Source: Mustelus asterias (lineage: Eukaryota). From it: DNA of 64,000 nucleotides. The notes under the pieces were generated by a model that was given only the letters and a program-made list of their open reading frames with translations, was not told where the DNA came from and searched no databases. The first letter of the stretch is position 1, and each line of letters starts with the position of its first letter. A program made the position numbers and the translations under genes. The stretch lies in NCBI RefSeq assembly GCF_964213995.1, contig NC_135830.1, positions 14,074,001 to 14,138,000 on the forward strand. The letters are read 5' to 3'. This document shows, in pieces, positions 22,272 through 33,947 of this stretch.

Positions 22272-22437
22272 AAGTTGTTTAGCCCTTGGTGGCAAGCCAC
22301 CAAGGTTACCGACGGGGCCGCGAGGAGGCACAACTTCACTGTGAATGCCAAAACACGCCAATAACATTCACAGAGGTAACTACCCAGAGATGACTCTCTA
22401 GTGAGACCCTTCTAAGAGAGTCATAGTTACTCCCGCC
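22272..22437 (-). ncRNA. HDV-like self-cleaving ribozyme (R2 type)
   Basis: P1 GGCGGG/CCCGTC; P2 AAGTTGT/ACAACTT; P3 GCC/GGC with L3 TCCTCGC; GG for P1.1; P4 CCTTGGTGGC/GCCACCAAGG; J4/2 GCTAA; two hairpins in J1/2. Confidence 0.88.
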
Positions 22438-22670
22438 AATTTAGGAGGTACAGTTTGTAAGTTTGCAGATGACATCTAGATAGGTGGCATAGTGGACTGT
22501 AAAGAACGGTTTCAAGGACTGCAAAGGGATTTTGATCAATTGGGCCAGTGGCCTGACGACTGGCAGATGGAATTTACTTCAGATAAATGTGAGGTGATGC
22601 ATTTTGGTAGATCGAACCACGGCAGGATTTACTCAGTTCATGGTGGGGCGTTGGGGAGAGTTATAGAACA

Positions 22671-25600
22671 TAGAACATAGAACAGTACAGCACAGAATAG
22701 GCCCTTCGGCCCACGATGTTGTGCCGAGCTTTATCAGAAACCAAGATCAAGCTATCCCACTCCCTATCATCCTTGTGTGCTCCATGTGCCTATCCAATAA
22801 CCGCGTAAATGTTCCTAAAGTGTCTGACTCCACTATCACTGCAGGCAGTCCATTCCACACCCCAACCACTCTCTGCGTAAAGAACCTACCTCTGATATCC
22901 TTCCTATTTCCCACCACGAACCCTATAGTTATGCCCCCTTGTAATAGTTCCATCCAATCGAGGAAATTGTCTTTGAACATTCACTCTATCTATCCCCTTC
23001 ATCATTTTATAAACCTCTATTAAGTCTCCCCTCAGCCTCCTCCGCTCCAGAGAGAACAGCCCTAGCTCCCGCAACCTTTCCTCATAACACCTACCCTCCA
23101 AACCAGGCCGCATCCTGGTAAAACTCCTCTGCACTCTTTCCAGCGCTTCCACATCCTTCTTATAGTGAGGTGACCAGAACTGCACACAATATTCCAAATG
23201 TGGTCTCACCAAGGTCCTGTACATTTGCAGCATAGCCCCATGGCTCTTAAACTCCAACCCCCTGTTAATAAAAGCTAACACACTATAGGCCTTCTTCACA
23301 GCTCTATCCGCTTGAGTGGCAACCTTTAGAGATCTGTGGATATGGACACCAAGATCTCTCTGTTCCTCCACAGTCTTCAGAACCCTACCTTTGACCCTGC
23401 AAGCCACATTTAAATTAGTCCTACCAAAATGAATCACCTCACATTTATCATGGTTGAACTCCATTTGCCATTTTTCAGCCCAGCTTTGCATCCTATCTAT
23501 GTCTCTTTGCCGCCGACAACAGCCCTCTACCTCATCCACTACTCCCCCTATCTTGGTGTCATCAGCAAATTTACTGATCCACCCTTCAGCCCCCTCCTCT
23601 AAGTCATTAATAAAAATCACAAAGAGCAGAGGACCAAGCACTGATCCCTGTGGCACTCCACTAGCAACCTGCCTCCAGTCCGAAAATTTTCCATCCACCA
23701 CCACCCTCTGTCTTCGATCAGGTAGCCAGTTACCTATCCAATCGGCCAACTTTCCCTCTATCCCACACCTCCTCACTTTCATCATAAGCCGACCATGGGG
23801 GACCTTATCAAACGCCTTACTAAAATCCATGTATATGACATGAACCGCCCTACCTTCATCAACACACTTAGTTACCTCCTCAAAGAATTCAATCAAATTT
23901 GTGAGGCACGACTTGCCCTTCACGAATTCGTGCTGACTATCCCGGATTAATCCGCATCTTTCTAAATGGTCGTAATCTCATCCCTAAGGACCTTTTCCAT
24001 CAATTTACCAACCACCGAAGTAAGACTAAACGGTCTATAATTACCAGGGTCATTTCTATTCCCTTTCTTAAACAGAGGAACGACATTCGCCACTCTCCAG
24101 TCCTCGGGCGCTATCCCCGTGGACAGCGAGGACCCAAAGATCAAAGCCAAAGGCTCTGCAATCTCATCACTTGCCTCCCAACGAATCCTAGGATATATTT
24201 CATCAGGCCCAGGGGCTTATCGACCTTCAGTTTATTCAGAACTGCCAGGACATCCTCCCTCCGAACATCTATTTCCTCCAGCCTATTAGCCTGTAACACC
24301 TTCTCTTCCTCAAAAACATGGCCCCTGTCCTTGGTGAACACTGAAGAAAAGTATTCATTCATCACCTCGCCTATCTCTACTGACTCCATACACAAGTTCC
24401 CACTACTGTCCTTGACCGGCCCTAACCTCACCCTGGTCATTCTTTTATTCCTCACATAAGAGTAAAAAGCCTTGGGGTTTTCCTTGATCCGACCCGCCAA
24501 GGACTTCTCATGTCCACTCCTAGCTCTCCTATGCCCCTTTTTCAGCTCATTCCTTGCTAACTTGTAAGCCTCAATCGAGCCATCTGAACCTTGTTTCCTC
24601 ATCCCTACATAAGCTTCCCTCTTCCTTTTCACAAGATATTCCACCTCTTTCGTGAACCATGGTTCCCTCACACAGCCATTTCCTCCCTGCCTGACAGGGA
24701 CATACATCAAGGACACCCAGTATTTGTTCCTTGAAAAAGTTCCACTTTTCATTAGTGCCTTTCCCTGACAGTTTCTGTTCCCATCTTATGCCCCCTAATT
24801 CTTGCCTCATCGCATCATAATTACCTCTCCCCCAATTGTAAACCTTGCCCTGCCGTGCGGCCCTATCCCTCTCCATTGCAATAACAAAAGACACCGAATT
24901 GTGGTCACTATCTCCAAAGTGTTCTCCCACAACCAAATCTAACACTTGGCCCGGTTCAGTTCCCAGTACCAAATCCAATGTGGCCTCACCTCTTGTCGGC
25001 CTATCCACATATTGTGTCAGGAAACCCTCCTGCACACACTGCACAAAAACTGCCCCATCCGAACTATTTGACCTACAAAGGTTCCAATCAATATTTGAAA
25101 AGTTAAAGTCCCCCATGACAACTACCCTGTGACCCCCACACATATCCATAATCTGCTTAGCAATTTCTTCCTCCACATCTCTATTACTATTTGGTGACCT
25201 ATAGTAAACTCCTAACAACGTGACCCCTCCTTTCCTATTTCTAAGCTCAGCCCATATTACCTCAGTGTGCAGATCCCCCTCGAAGTGCCTTTCCGCAGCC
25301 GTTAAACTATCCTTGATTAACAATGCTACTCCTCCACCTCTTTTGCCAGCTTCCCTACACTTACTGAAACATATATACCCCAGAACATTCAACAACCATT
25401 CCTGTCCTTGTGCTACCCACGTCTCCGCAATGGCCACAACATCGTAGTCCCAAGTACCAATCCACGCCGCAAGTTCATCTACCTTGTTCCGGATGCTCCT
25501 TGCATTGAAGTAGACACACTTCAACCCACCTTCCTGCTACCGGTACCCACCCTTGACCTTGATACCTTCCCCAATACCTCGCCACCCTCAACACTGACTT

Positions 25601-25867
25601 CTGGATTACAACTCCTTTTCCCACTACCCTGACAAATTAGTTTAAACCCCCCTGAAGAGCCTTATCAAATTTCCCTCCGAGGATATTGGTGCCCCTCTCG
25701 TTCAGGTGCACCCCGTCCTGTTTGTACAGGTCCCACCTTCCCCAGAATGTGTTCCAATTATCCACGTATCTGAAACCTTCCCTCCTACACCATCCCTGCA
25801 ACCACATGTTTAACTGCACTCGCTCCCTGTTCCTCAACTCGCTATCACTACAGCGAGTTAAATATAT
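22671..25867 (-). mobile_element. Younger CR1 LINE: ORF1 esterase C-terminus + near-complete frameshifted ORF2 + (TGTTCTA)n tail
   Basis: DGVHLN..G (SGNH esterase); APE YFNARS..GDFN..SDHN; RT QGSVLGP..FADD; TSD AGTTATAGAACA at 22659-22670 and 25868-25879. Confidence 0.95.
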
Positions 25868-26829
25868 AGTTATAGAACAAAGAGATCCAGGGGTACATCT
25901 CATTGAAAGTGGAGTCACAGGCGGACAGATTGGTGAAGTGGGTATTCGGTATGCTTGGTTTCATTGGTCGAAACATTGAATTCAGGAGTTGGGACGTCTG
26001 CTTGAAGTTGTACAAGACAAGTGAGGCCACACTTGGAATATTGAGTACAGTCCCGGTCACCCTATCATAGAAACGATATTATTGAACTGGAAACAGTGCA
26101 GAAAGGATTTACGAGGATCCTACCGGGACTTGATGGTTTGAGTTCCAAAGACGGGCTGGATCGACTGGGACTTTTTTCTCTCGAGCGGAGGATGCTTCGG
26201 GGTGATCTTCGAGAGGTCTATAAAATATTGAAGGGCAGAGATCAGCTACATAGTCAATATATATTTCCAAAGGTGGCGGAGTCTAAAACTAGAGAGCAGA
26301 GTTTTAAGGTGAGAGGGGAGAGATACAAAGGAGTGCAGATGGGCATTTTGTCACACAGAGGATGGTGAGTGTCTGGAACAAGCTGCCGGAGGTAGCAGTA
26401 GAGAAAGGTACAATTTTGCCTTTTAAAAAGGGTTTAGGCGGTTACATGGATATTATGGCTGTTGAGGGATATGTCCCAAGCGCGGGCAATTGGGACTAGC
26501 TTAATCATTAAAAAAGGGTGACATGGGCATGCTAGGCCGAAGGGCCTGTTTCCACATTTTAAACCTGTATGATTCTATGAATCTATGACTGTTAAATATG
26601 CTATGAAATGGCCCAGCAAAATATTCAGTTGAAGGGGAAAGAGGGATGGCCAACAAATACTGGCCTTGGCAATGAAATATATTTTGCATCAGCAAAATTT
26701 TATGAAATGATTTACTCTCATTTTGTTTCATTTCATATCAAACAGGGTGACGTATCCTGGTGTCTTATTATTTAAAACTTCAGCACTTTAACTACTTAAA
26801 CAGGTAAGGTTCAGTCAGAGAAAACTCTG

Positions 26830-27105
26830 CTATTTGTGATGTATATAAATGATTTGGAAGAAGGGGTAACTGGTGTTATCAGCAAGTTTGCGGATGACAC
26901 GAAGTTGGCTGGACTTGCGGATAGCGATGAACATTGTCGGACAATACAGCAGGATACAGATAGGCTGGAAAATTGGGCGGAGAAATGGCAGATGGAATTT
27001 AATCCAGGTAAATGCGAAGTGGTGCATTTTGGAAGAACTAATGAAGGGGGGAGCCATCAAGAGTATAGAAACACAGAGGGACCTAGGTGTGGAAGTCCAC
27101 AAATC
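26830..27105 (+). mobile_element. CR1 RT fragment
   Basis: YINDLEEGVTGVISKFADDTK; nearly identical to the 51929-52888 element. Confidence 0.9.
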
Positions 27106-27296
27106 GTGTAAATCACATTAAATGATCACTGCCTGCCATGTGTCTGTTGTGTGATTCTTCTTCAGAGCTTTTTGTTCATGTTACATCTCTGATTTTCCAG
27201 CTCTGATACACGTTTCCCCAGTTCGAAGATTAATTTGTTACTCCGTTCGCAGAGGCGTGTTTCCACTTAATGAAGAACTAAATAAAAAGTTATTAA

Positions 27297-27359
27297 TTCC
27301 ATGACTGGAAATTAAGCCCGGGTCACAGTGCCGAATCCTGACCACGAGACTCAGAGGGA
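27297..27359 (-). pseudogene. tRNA-Glu pseudogene with anticodon arm deleted
   Basis: Minus strand TCCCTCTGAGTCTCGTGGTCAGGATTCGGC...CCCGGGCTTAATTTCCAGTCATGGAA. Confidence 0.6.
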
Positions 27360-28757
27360 AGCACATGCAAGAGATTTGCAATTAGTTGAACATCTTTCTA
27401 CTCGTTGCATCAGTTCAAGCCTCTTGAGCTGTAGACATTGTAAGACATTCATTTGTTGCCGAGTGATTCCTGAGTTCACAATTAGAAAATGCAACAAGTG
27501 CTCTGCAGCTCAGTAAAGTTGGTAACCATTAATGAAATCCGAATGGCATTGACATTAAAAATGTATGGAAATGCTTCTGATCAGTTTCGAAGTGGGGATT
27601 CTTCCGCGTGTAAGTCAAACGTGACAACCATTACACTACAGAAGCACTGCAATATTGTTACCTGAAGCAAGTGCTGTTTTCTGGAGGGGAAAGTAAACTG
27701 GTTCCACAAGCCCGTCTCTTGTCCACATGAAGTTATATTTACAATGGTCCTCCCGTTTCCTCCTATCAAAATGAATAATGATACACCCTGTGGCGTTATT
27801 TTCTGCTGACTTGATCAACGAATTGTATTCCATGACTTTTAAAGTAAATTAACATTTGAAAGTGATATGATTAGATTCCAATATTTCCCCGCTATTATTA
27901 CGCTGGATTCAGTGCCTTAGACGACCCAGCAACGCTACCACAGGAAGCAAATGGTGTCATATCTGGGCTGCCAGGAAACAGAATTAATGGAGTAAGACAA
28001 AGTCATGTATCCCATTGAGCCTCCTCCACCATTTAATGAGGTCATGGCAAATAAAGTCACCATAGTCCCAGATCAACATCGGCTGTTATTTATTCATCTG
28101 ATAAAAAACAAAAATACTGCATACGCTGGAAATCCGAAATAAAAACAGAAAATGCTGGATCAACTCAACAAGTCGAGACAGAAACAGAGTTAACGTTTCA
28201 GAACTTAATTATCATCCTTCAGGGATATTCACCTTAGTTGTGTAGCTTCAGATTAATATGCTATACAAAGGTAAACAGAACAGTGCAAAAGTTCAGGACA
28301 TTTCTTATTAAGTAGCTGAGAATGCCCGAGGGGCCAAATGACCCACCTCTGTCCATGTTAACCATACGCTAATCAGTGCAGTCAAAACAATGGTTAAGGT
28401 GATGTCATGGTGGCAGTGTGGCTGGACGAGCTAAGGTATTTTTTCAATTTCTAGTGTCTGTGGTGATTCGGCCTCAGTTCCCGCCTCTGCCAATCTTCCT
28501 GCTGGTTTACCCTTCATGTCAGCAGGTCATGTGTCTGACAAAATGTTTCTGACAAAAATAATGAAGATGAACTATGCAAGAGGAGTTTGTAAACTTTGGA
28601 GGGAGGTGCAGCATAGAAGAGTAAGATGTGAATAATGTTAATGATAATTGAGAAGAATGCATTGTAACCTACGTGGAACATATTCCCCACTTTGAAATTT
28701 GAACAATCTGAGATGCCAGATGGAAAAGCACATTTTGAAATGCCGCTGACGCAATGT

Positions 28758-28829
28758 GCTTAGCGAGCTCAGTCGGTAAAGCAGAAACTCTTAATGTTAA
28801 GGTCGTGGGTTTGAGGCCCACTTTGGGCG
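28758..28829 (+). pseudogene. tRNA-Lys(CTT) pseudogene
   Basis: AGCTCAGTCGGTAAAGC..ACTCTTAAT..GGTCGTGGGTTTGAGGCCCACTTTGGGCG, followed by a T5 Pol III terminator. Confidence 0.8.
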
Positions 28830-29282
28830 TCAGTGTTTTTAAACTTTTCTGCTTTCCTGTGTGAATTCCAGCTCTCCATTCCTCCGGCAATGTCACCACT
28901 CAAACTGGGTATTTCCCCGTGCTGCTTTGTGAAACCCTCAGTTACTGGTTTCTGAATGAAAACTGCCTGTCCTCCATTGGAAGCCGAAAAGTTTGGTGCT
29001 TAATTCAGCTAGAGGTTTGTTTTTAAATCATTTAGCATCATATTTGGACCGGGATCTGTGATATACTTCTGTCAGTGGAAAAAATAAAATCTACGCATTA
29101 TTGGCCAGATTTTACCTTGTATTGCCATCTCTATCGTCAGCGCTTTGCAGCCGATCACTGTCCTTTTCCTGTTCTTGATCTTCTGAACGTGACATTTCCA
29201 ACTCAAGCACAAAGTCGTGCATCTCCCTTACTGGTACTGACCACAAAATCAATAATGGTTGATGCACAATAATAAAATTGCT

Positions 29283-29354
29283 TGCCCTGACAAGAAATCG
29301 AACCCAAGCAGTAACGGTGCAAGCGCTGCATCCTAACCACGAGACCACTAGGTA
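29283..29354 (-). pseudogene. tRNA-Glu-derived gene with TGC anticodon (probable pseudogene)
   Basis: Glu-type body GGTCTCGTGGTTAGGAT..GCGCTTGCACCG..GGTTCGATT; stem mismatches. Confidence 0.75.
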
Positions 29355-29984
29355 AAATACGAGGTGCTGATTTTTTCGAATATCTAATTGACAATTGAAA
29401 CCTTTGACTTTCATTTTCTTTTCAGACTTTTTTTCCCCAGAAACAAGTTTCTCCTTGAAATTGTCAAGTTTAAGCTGAGCAAAATTGACTTCTTAGCCAG
29501 TGGAAACACGAATGCTGTTAACTGGAACATGAAATTAGCAGTGCGATGAAATAGTCCCATAAGCTGCTGATATGTAACTTTCAATTTCTAAGTCTCACCA
29601 ACCTCATCATTGCAGCTCATGTGATACGTATGAGGCAACACAAGGCAGACATCGGTCACTGAAAGCAATTGACGCAGATCATATGTTAAACATTTTAATG
29701 TCGCATCTCTTTACGTTTCTGTTGCTGCCTCTCCTTCTGCTCCCTCTGACCGTCCAGCTCCTCGGATCAATTAGCTTCTTGTGGCAGACCCAGATAGTTG
29801 GAGGGAGGATCGGGGATTATAGGACACAACGTTGTGTGAAGAGAGGGAGTTCACAGATGACAGGGGATAGAGACACCAGGATCTTATCTTCCTAATTCTC
29901 CAAGATGCAGATTACAGGAAGTTGCACAGTGCCAATTATTCGCAGTCACGCTCTCCTTTCAGTCTTTTGTACGGAGTCAAGTTT

Positions 29985-30860
29985 CGTAACCTTTGAAGCC
30001 TTGCTGCATTTGCTCCGGGTATTGCCAATCCCTCATTTGGAATATTGTGTGCATTTTTGGTGTTTCACATTTAAGACAGGATGTGCATCTAATGGAGACA
30101 GTACAACAAAACTTCACTGGGCTATTCTCTGAGATGAAGGGGTTGTCCTATCATGCGAGATCGGGTAAATTGGGCTCAATTTCTCTGGAGTTCAGCAAAA
30201 TGATATACTATCTCATTGAAACATACACAAGAATGAATGGAATAAATCGGATGCATTCTGAGATGTCATTCGCATTCTCAAATGATTTAAAATATGGGAC
30301 ACAGTCTCAGGATAAGGGACAAAGACTTTAGGACATTTAGGACTGAGATGAGGAGAATAGTTTTGTTGGTTATATATCCAATTCAATCCAATCAAAGTCC
30401 AATTCAGTGTCGCAGCAAGTGATACATACCCGGTCCAAGCTGACAAGACAGGGATCTCACCTCCTATCTTGGACTTGATCTATAGGATCCAAGCTGATTG
30501 GAGTAGGCATTGCACCTGCTCCAAGGCTTGATCTCATTTGCATCTCAGCCAAAAGGCCGAGATGCTGCTTTTAAAAAATGCTTCAAATGAAGCTACAATG
30601 TAACCTTGTGGCTTCAACCAAGTACAGCATGTCGATGCTGCACTTGATCTTAGCCAAAAGGCTGAGAAGCGATGACGAGAAATTACTCCACTCAAAATGT
30701 TGGGAATCGTTGGCATTTTCTCTTCCAGAAGGTTCTGGATGCTCCATCATTGAACACATTTCATTGTGCGATAGACAGATTTCTTCTGTCCAGCAACGAA
30801 GGGAAGCAGGCGGGAATATCGAACTTAAACAAATGCTCAGCCACGAATTAATGTTTCAAC
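29985..30860 (+). mobile_element. Degenerate CR1 3' fragment interrupted by a U2-headed element
   Basis: IPHLEYCVHFW; the LINE sequence resumes after 30674. Confidence 0.7.
30358..30673 (-). mobile_element. U2-snRNA-headed short retroposon
   Basis: ATCGCTTCTCAGCCTTTTGGCTAAGATCAAGTG (U2 nt 1-33), a second U2 piece at 30542-30562, ATTGG-repeat/A-rich tail, TSD-like GATGAGGAGAA / GATGACGAGAA. Confidence 0.75.
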
Positions 30861-30885
30861 ACTGAATCTTACGTTTAATAGCATA

Positions 30886-30889
<4 letters not shown>

Positions 30890-30944
<55 letters not shown>
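30890..30944. repeat. (AT)n microsatellite
   Basis: Seen directly. Confidence 0.95.
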
Positions 30945-30945
<1 letters not shown>

Positions 30946-31455
30946 TTCATTTAACATGTATACAATGAACATTTATGAATTAAATAACGTTGGTAACGCT
31001 GGGAGACATTTTTAAGGGCGGCCACGGACCCATTACCAACCCGCAAATGTTTGCGTATGAATGCTGCTGGGGAGTAAACAGTAGAATTTCCGTCCCTGGA
31101 TTATTTCGAACTACCAATCGTTCTTTCAATAGCCGAGCTGCAACAGGTATCTTAAATTAGGGCGTTAATCATTTCTCTACAGATTCGAGCAAATTCTATT
31201 GCTGCAAAAGCTGATCCAGAACGACAGCATGACCACATCGTTTACAATTCCATACAAGTGCCTTCCGTTATTTTGTTTCCACATGGTTGCTGTGTGTGGG
31301 GGGTATTCCCTTTCTCCTACGAAAAAGTAAAATGAATCCATGCCTCTTACGGCAGGGAGAAATTAAACGGTAGAGAATAGAATTGACCACCAGAAGCCCA
31401 AGGCTACAGGACCTTCAAGTCATGATGTGGAGTTGCCAGCGTTGGACTGGGGTAG

Positions 31456-31626
31456 GTACAGTAAGAACTCTCGCAACACCAGGTTAAATTCCAACAGGTT
31501 CATTTGGCAGCAAGAGCTTTCGGAGCGCAACTCCTTCACCTGATGTAGGAGCAGAGCTCCGAAAGCTCGTGCCACCAAATAAACCTGTTGAACTTTAACG
31601 TGGTGTTGTGAGACTACTTACTGTAC
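31456..31626. mobile_element. Palindromic Penelope pLTR-derived element with hammerhead motif
   Basis: Inverted arms gtacagtaag...cttactgtac; CAC-CTGATGT-AGGAG..CTCC-GAAAGCTC-GTG at 31537-31571; homologous to 8095-8180. Confidence 0.75.
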
Positions 31627-32640
31627 TTCCAACTCAATCATCAATAACATCATTCACAGCTGCATCTTGTTCCAAGCATTGTGAACCATTTTACTCAGGA
31701 ATTATTCCTGGATTCATATTTTCCTCCTTTGTGTTCTCATTTTGAAATGAGATTCACTTCAATCTCCAACAAAAATCGAATTGCAAACCAGGCGGAAAAC
31801 CAATGGGAAACAAATCACTGGGTAAGACAGATTCATTGGCGCTCATTGCAGATTCACAACACTCAGCTTTTAAATCAAATTGAGGAATTTTACACCGAAA
31901 ATTTTAAGAAAGTTGTTGTGGCTTTTTTTTGTGACTCACACACTCCGGTATTGTGTAAATGCAGCTCGGACGTTCAGTGAGCCGTTTTATCATCTACCTG
32001 TGTTTTCCTGAGCCTGTGCTCGGTGTATTGAGAGGATTGTCCTGGGTTGCTGTTGTCGCAGGGATGGGGAGCCACCCGCTGATTGAAGCTGCAGTCGCCG
32101 CTATCTGGTGGCAGTGGGTGATTGGAGATTGCGGGGTAACATTCTGATGCTTGTCTCTGTCTCACTCACCGTAGAGCTGATTCAGGAATGTGATTATATT
32201 TATGATTAGTGTTGCTTAACCCCCTTTGAATTTAAAATCACGCATGTTAATTTGTTAACCCACTTTTGAACGAGCATCCTTTGCATGCTAAGTAAATGCA
32301 ACAACGACGACACTTCAGTAACGATGCCATAGTTGGTATATCTAATTCCTTCCTGCAAACATATAATGTCATCACCTCCACCACGAAATCCGCAGGCTTA
32401 CCACTCTCTGCGTGAAAAGATTTCTCCTTATCTCAGTACTAAAATGTTTACCCATTATCCTTAGAGGATGACACGTGGATCCGGACTCCCCCACATGTCC
32501 CACGAGTGGATAAAAAAATCGGTCAGGATTACATTCATGGGAGTTCAGAAGAATGTAGACTGGGAGAGGAGGATGCCGTATAAATCTGTAAATTTCTAAC
32601 AGGGCAGGACATGGTACAGGCTGGAAGGATGCTCCCATGG

Positions 32641-33947
32641 ATTAAGACAAGTCAGCATGGATTTAGTAAGGGGAGGTCGTGCCTGACAAACCTGTTAGAG
32701 TTCTTTGAAGAGATAACAAATAGGTTAGACCAAGGAGAGCCAATGGATGTTATCTATCTTGACTTCCAAAAGGCCTTTGACAAGGTGCCTCACGGGAGAC
32801 TGCTGAGTAAAATAAGGGCCCATGGTATTCGAGGCAAGGTACTAACATGGATTGACGATTGGCTGTCAGACAGAAGGCAGAGAGTTGGGATAAAAGGTTC
32901 TTTCTCAGAATGGCAACCGGTGACAAGTGGTGTCCCGCAGGGTTCAGTGTTGGGGCCACAGCTGTTCTCTTTATATATTAACGATCTAGATGACGGGACT
33001 GGGAGCATTCTGGCCAAGTTTGCCGATGATACAAAGATAGGTGGAGGGGCAGGTAGTATTGAGGAGGTGGGGAGGCTGCAGAAAGATTTAGACAGTTTAG
33101 GAGAGTGGTCCAAGAAGTGGCTGATGAAATTCAACGTGGGCAAGTGCGAGGTCGTACACTTTGGAAAAAAGAATAGAGGCATGGACTATTTTCTAAACGG
33201 TGACAAAATTCATAATGCTAAAGTGCAAAGGGACTTGGGAGTCCTAGTCCAGGATTCTCTAAAGGTAAACTTGCAGGTTGAGTCCGTAATTAAGAAAGCA
33301 AATGTAATGTTGTCATTTATCTCAAGAGGCTTGGAATACAAAAGCAGGGATGTACTTCTGAGGCTTTATAAAGCACTGGTTAGGCCCCATTTGGAGTACT
33401 GTGAGCAATTTTGGGCCCCACACCTCAGGAAGGACATACTGGCACTGGAGCGGGTCCAGCGGAGATTCACACGGATGATCCCAGGAATGGTAGGCCTGAC
33501 ATACGATGAACGTCTGAGGATCGTGGGATTATATTCATTGGAGTTTAGGAGGTTGAGGGGAGATCTGATAGAAACTTACAAGATAATGAACGGCTTAGAT
33601 AGGATGGACGTAGGGAAGTTGTTTCCATTAACAGGGGAGACTAGGACGCGGGGGCACAGCCTTAGAATAAAAGGGAGTCACTTTAGAACAGAGATGAGGA
33701 GAAATTTCTTCAGCCAGAGAGTGGTGGGTCTGTGGAATTCATTGCCACAGAGGGCTGTGGAGGCCGAGACGTTGAGCGTCTTCAAGACAGAAATTGATAA
33801 ATTCTTGATTTCTCGAGGAATTAAGGGCTATGGGGAGAGAGCGGGTAAATGGAGTTGAAATCAACCATGATTGAATGGTGGAGTGGACTCGATGGGCCGA
33901 ATGGCCTTACTTCCGCTCCTATGTCTTATGGTCTTATGGTCTTATGG
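32641..33947 (+). mobile_element. Young 5'-truncated CR1 LINE with uninterrupted RT-to-stop frame, nested in an older CR1 (32370-34250)
   Basis: ORF 32611-33858 QHGF..GRSCLTNL..DFQKAFDKVPH..QGSVLGP..FADD; tail (TCTTATGG)n. Confidence 0.95.

Larger units (their letters stand above)
21463..22437 (-). mobile_element. 28S-headed, ribozyme-bearing R2-like retroelement inserted outside rDNA (3' end hidden in gap 21237-21462)
   Basis: Starts GGCGGGAGTAACTATGACTCTCTTA (28S sequence 5' of the R2 site), then an HDV-like ribozyme and a 166-aa ORF; interrupts CR1 RT. Confidence 0.85.
19790..26590 (+). mobile_element. Old CR1 LINE (ORF2 endonuclease C-terminus to 3' tail) split by two nested insertions
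   Basis: Pieces 19790-21236 (SDHN..GLSQGSVLGP), 22438-22670 (KFADD..W...WQMEF) and 25868-26590 (RT C-terminus, tail) are collinear. Confidence 0.85.

Noticed and set aside
22410-22437. 28S rRNA gene
   Set aside because: Only ~25-28 nt match; explained as the 5' end of the ribozyme-bearing element.
23454-25447. Plus-strand ORFs opposite CR1 ORF2 (and similar antisense ORFs elsewhere)
   Set aside because: Antisense shadows of LINE coding sequence.
30638-30673. Functional U2 snRNA gene
   Set aside because: Only the first ~36 nt are present; no Sm site or 3' stems.
32611-33858. Domesticated reverse transcriptase gene
   Set aside because: 5'-truncated CR1 with a standard tail; the ATG comes from flanking host sequence and the open frame reflects young age.
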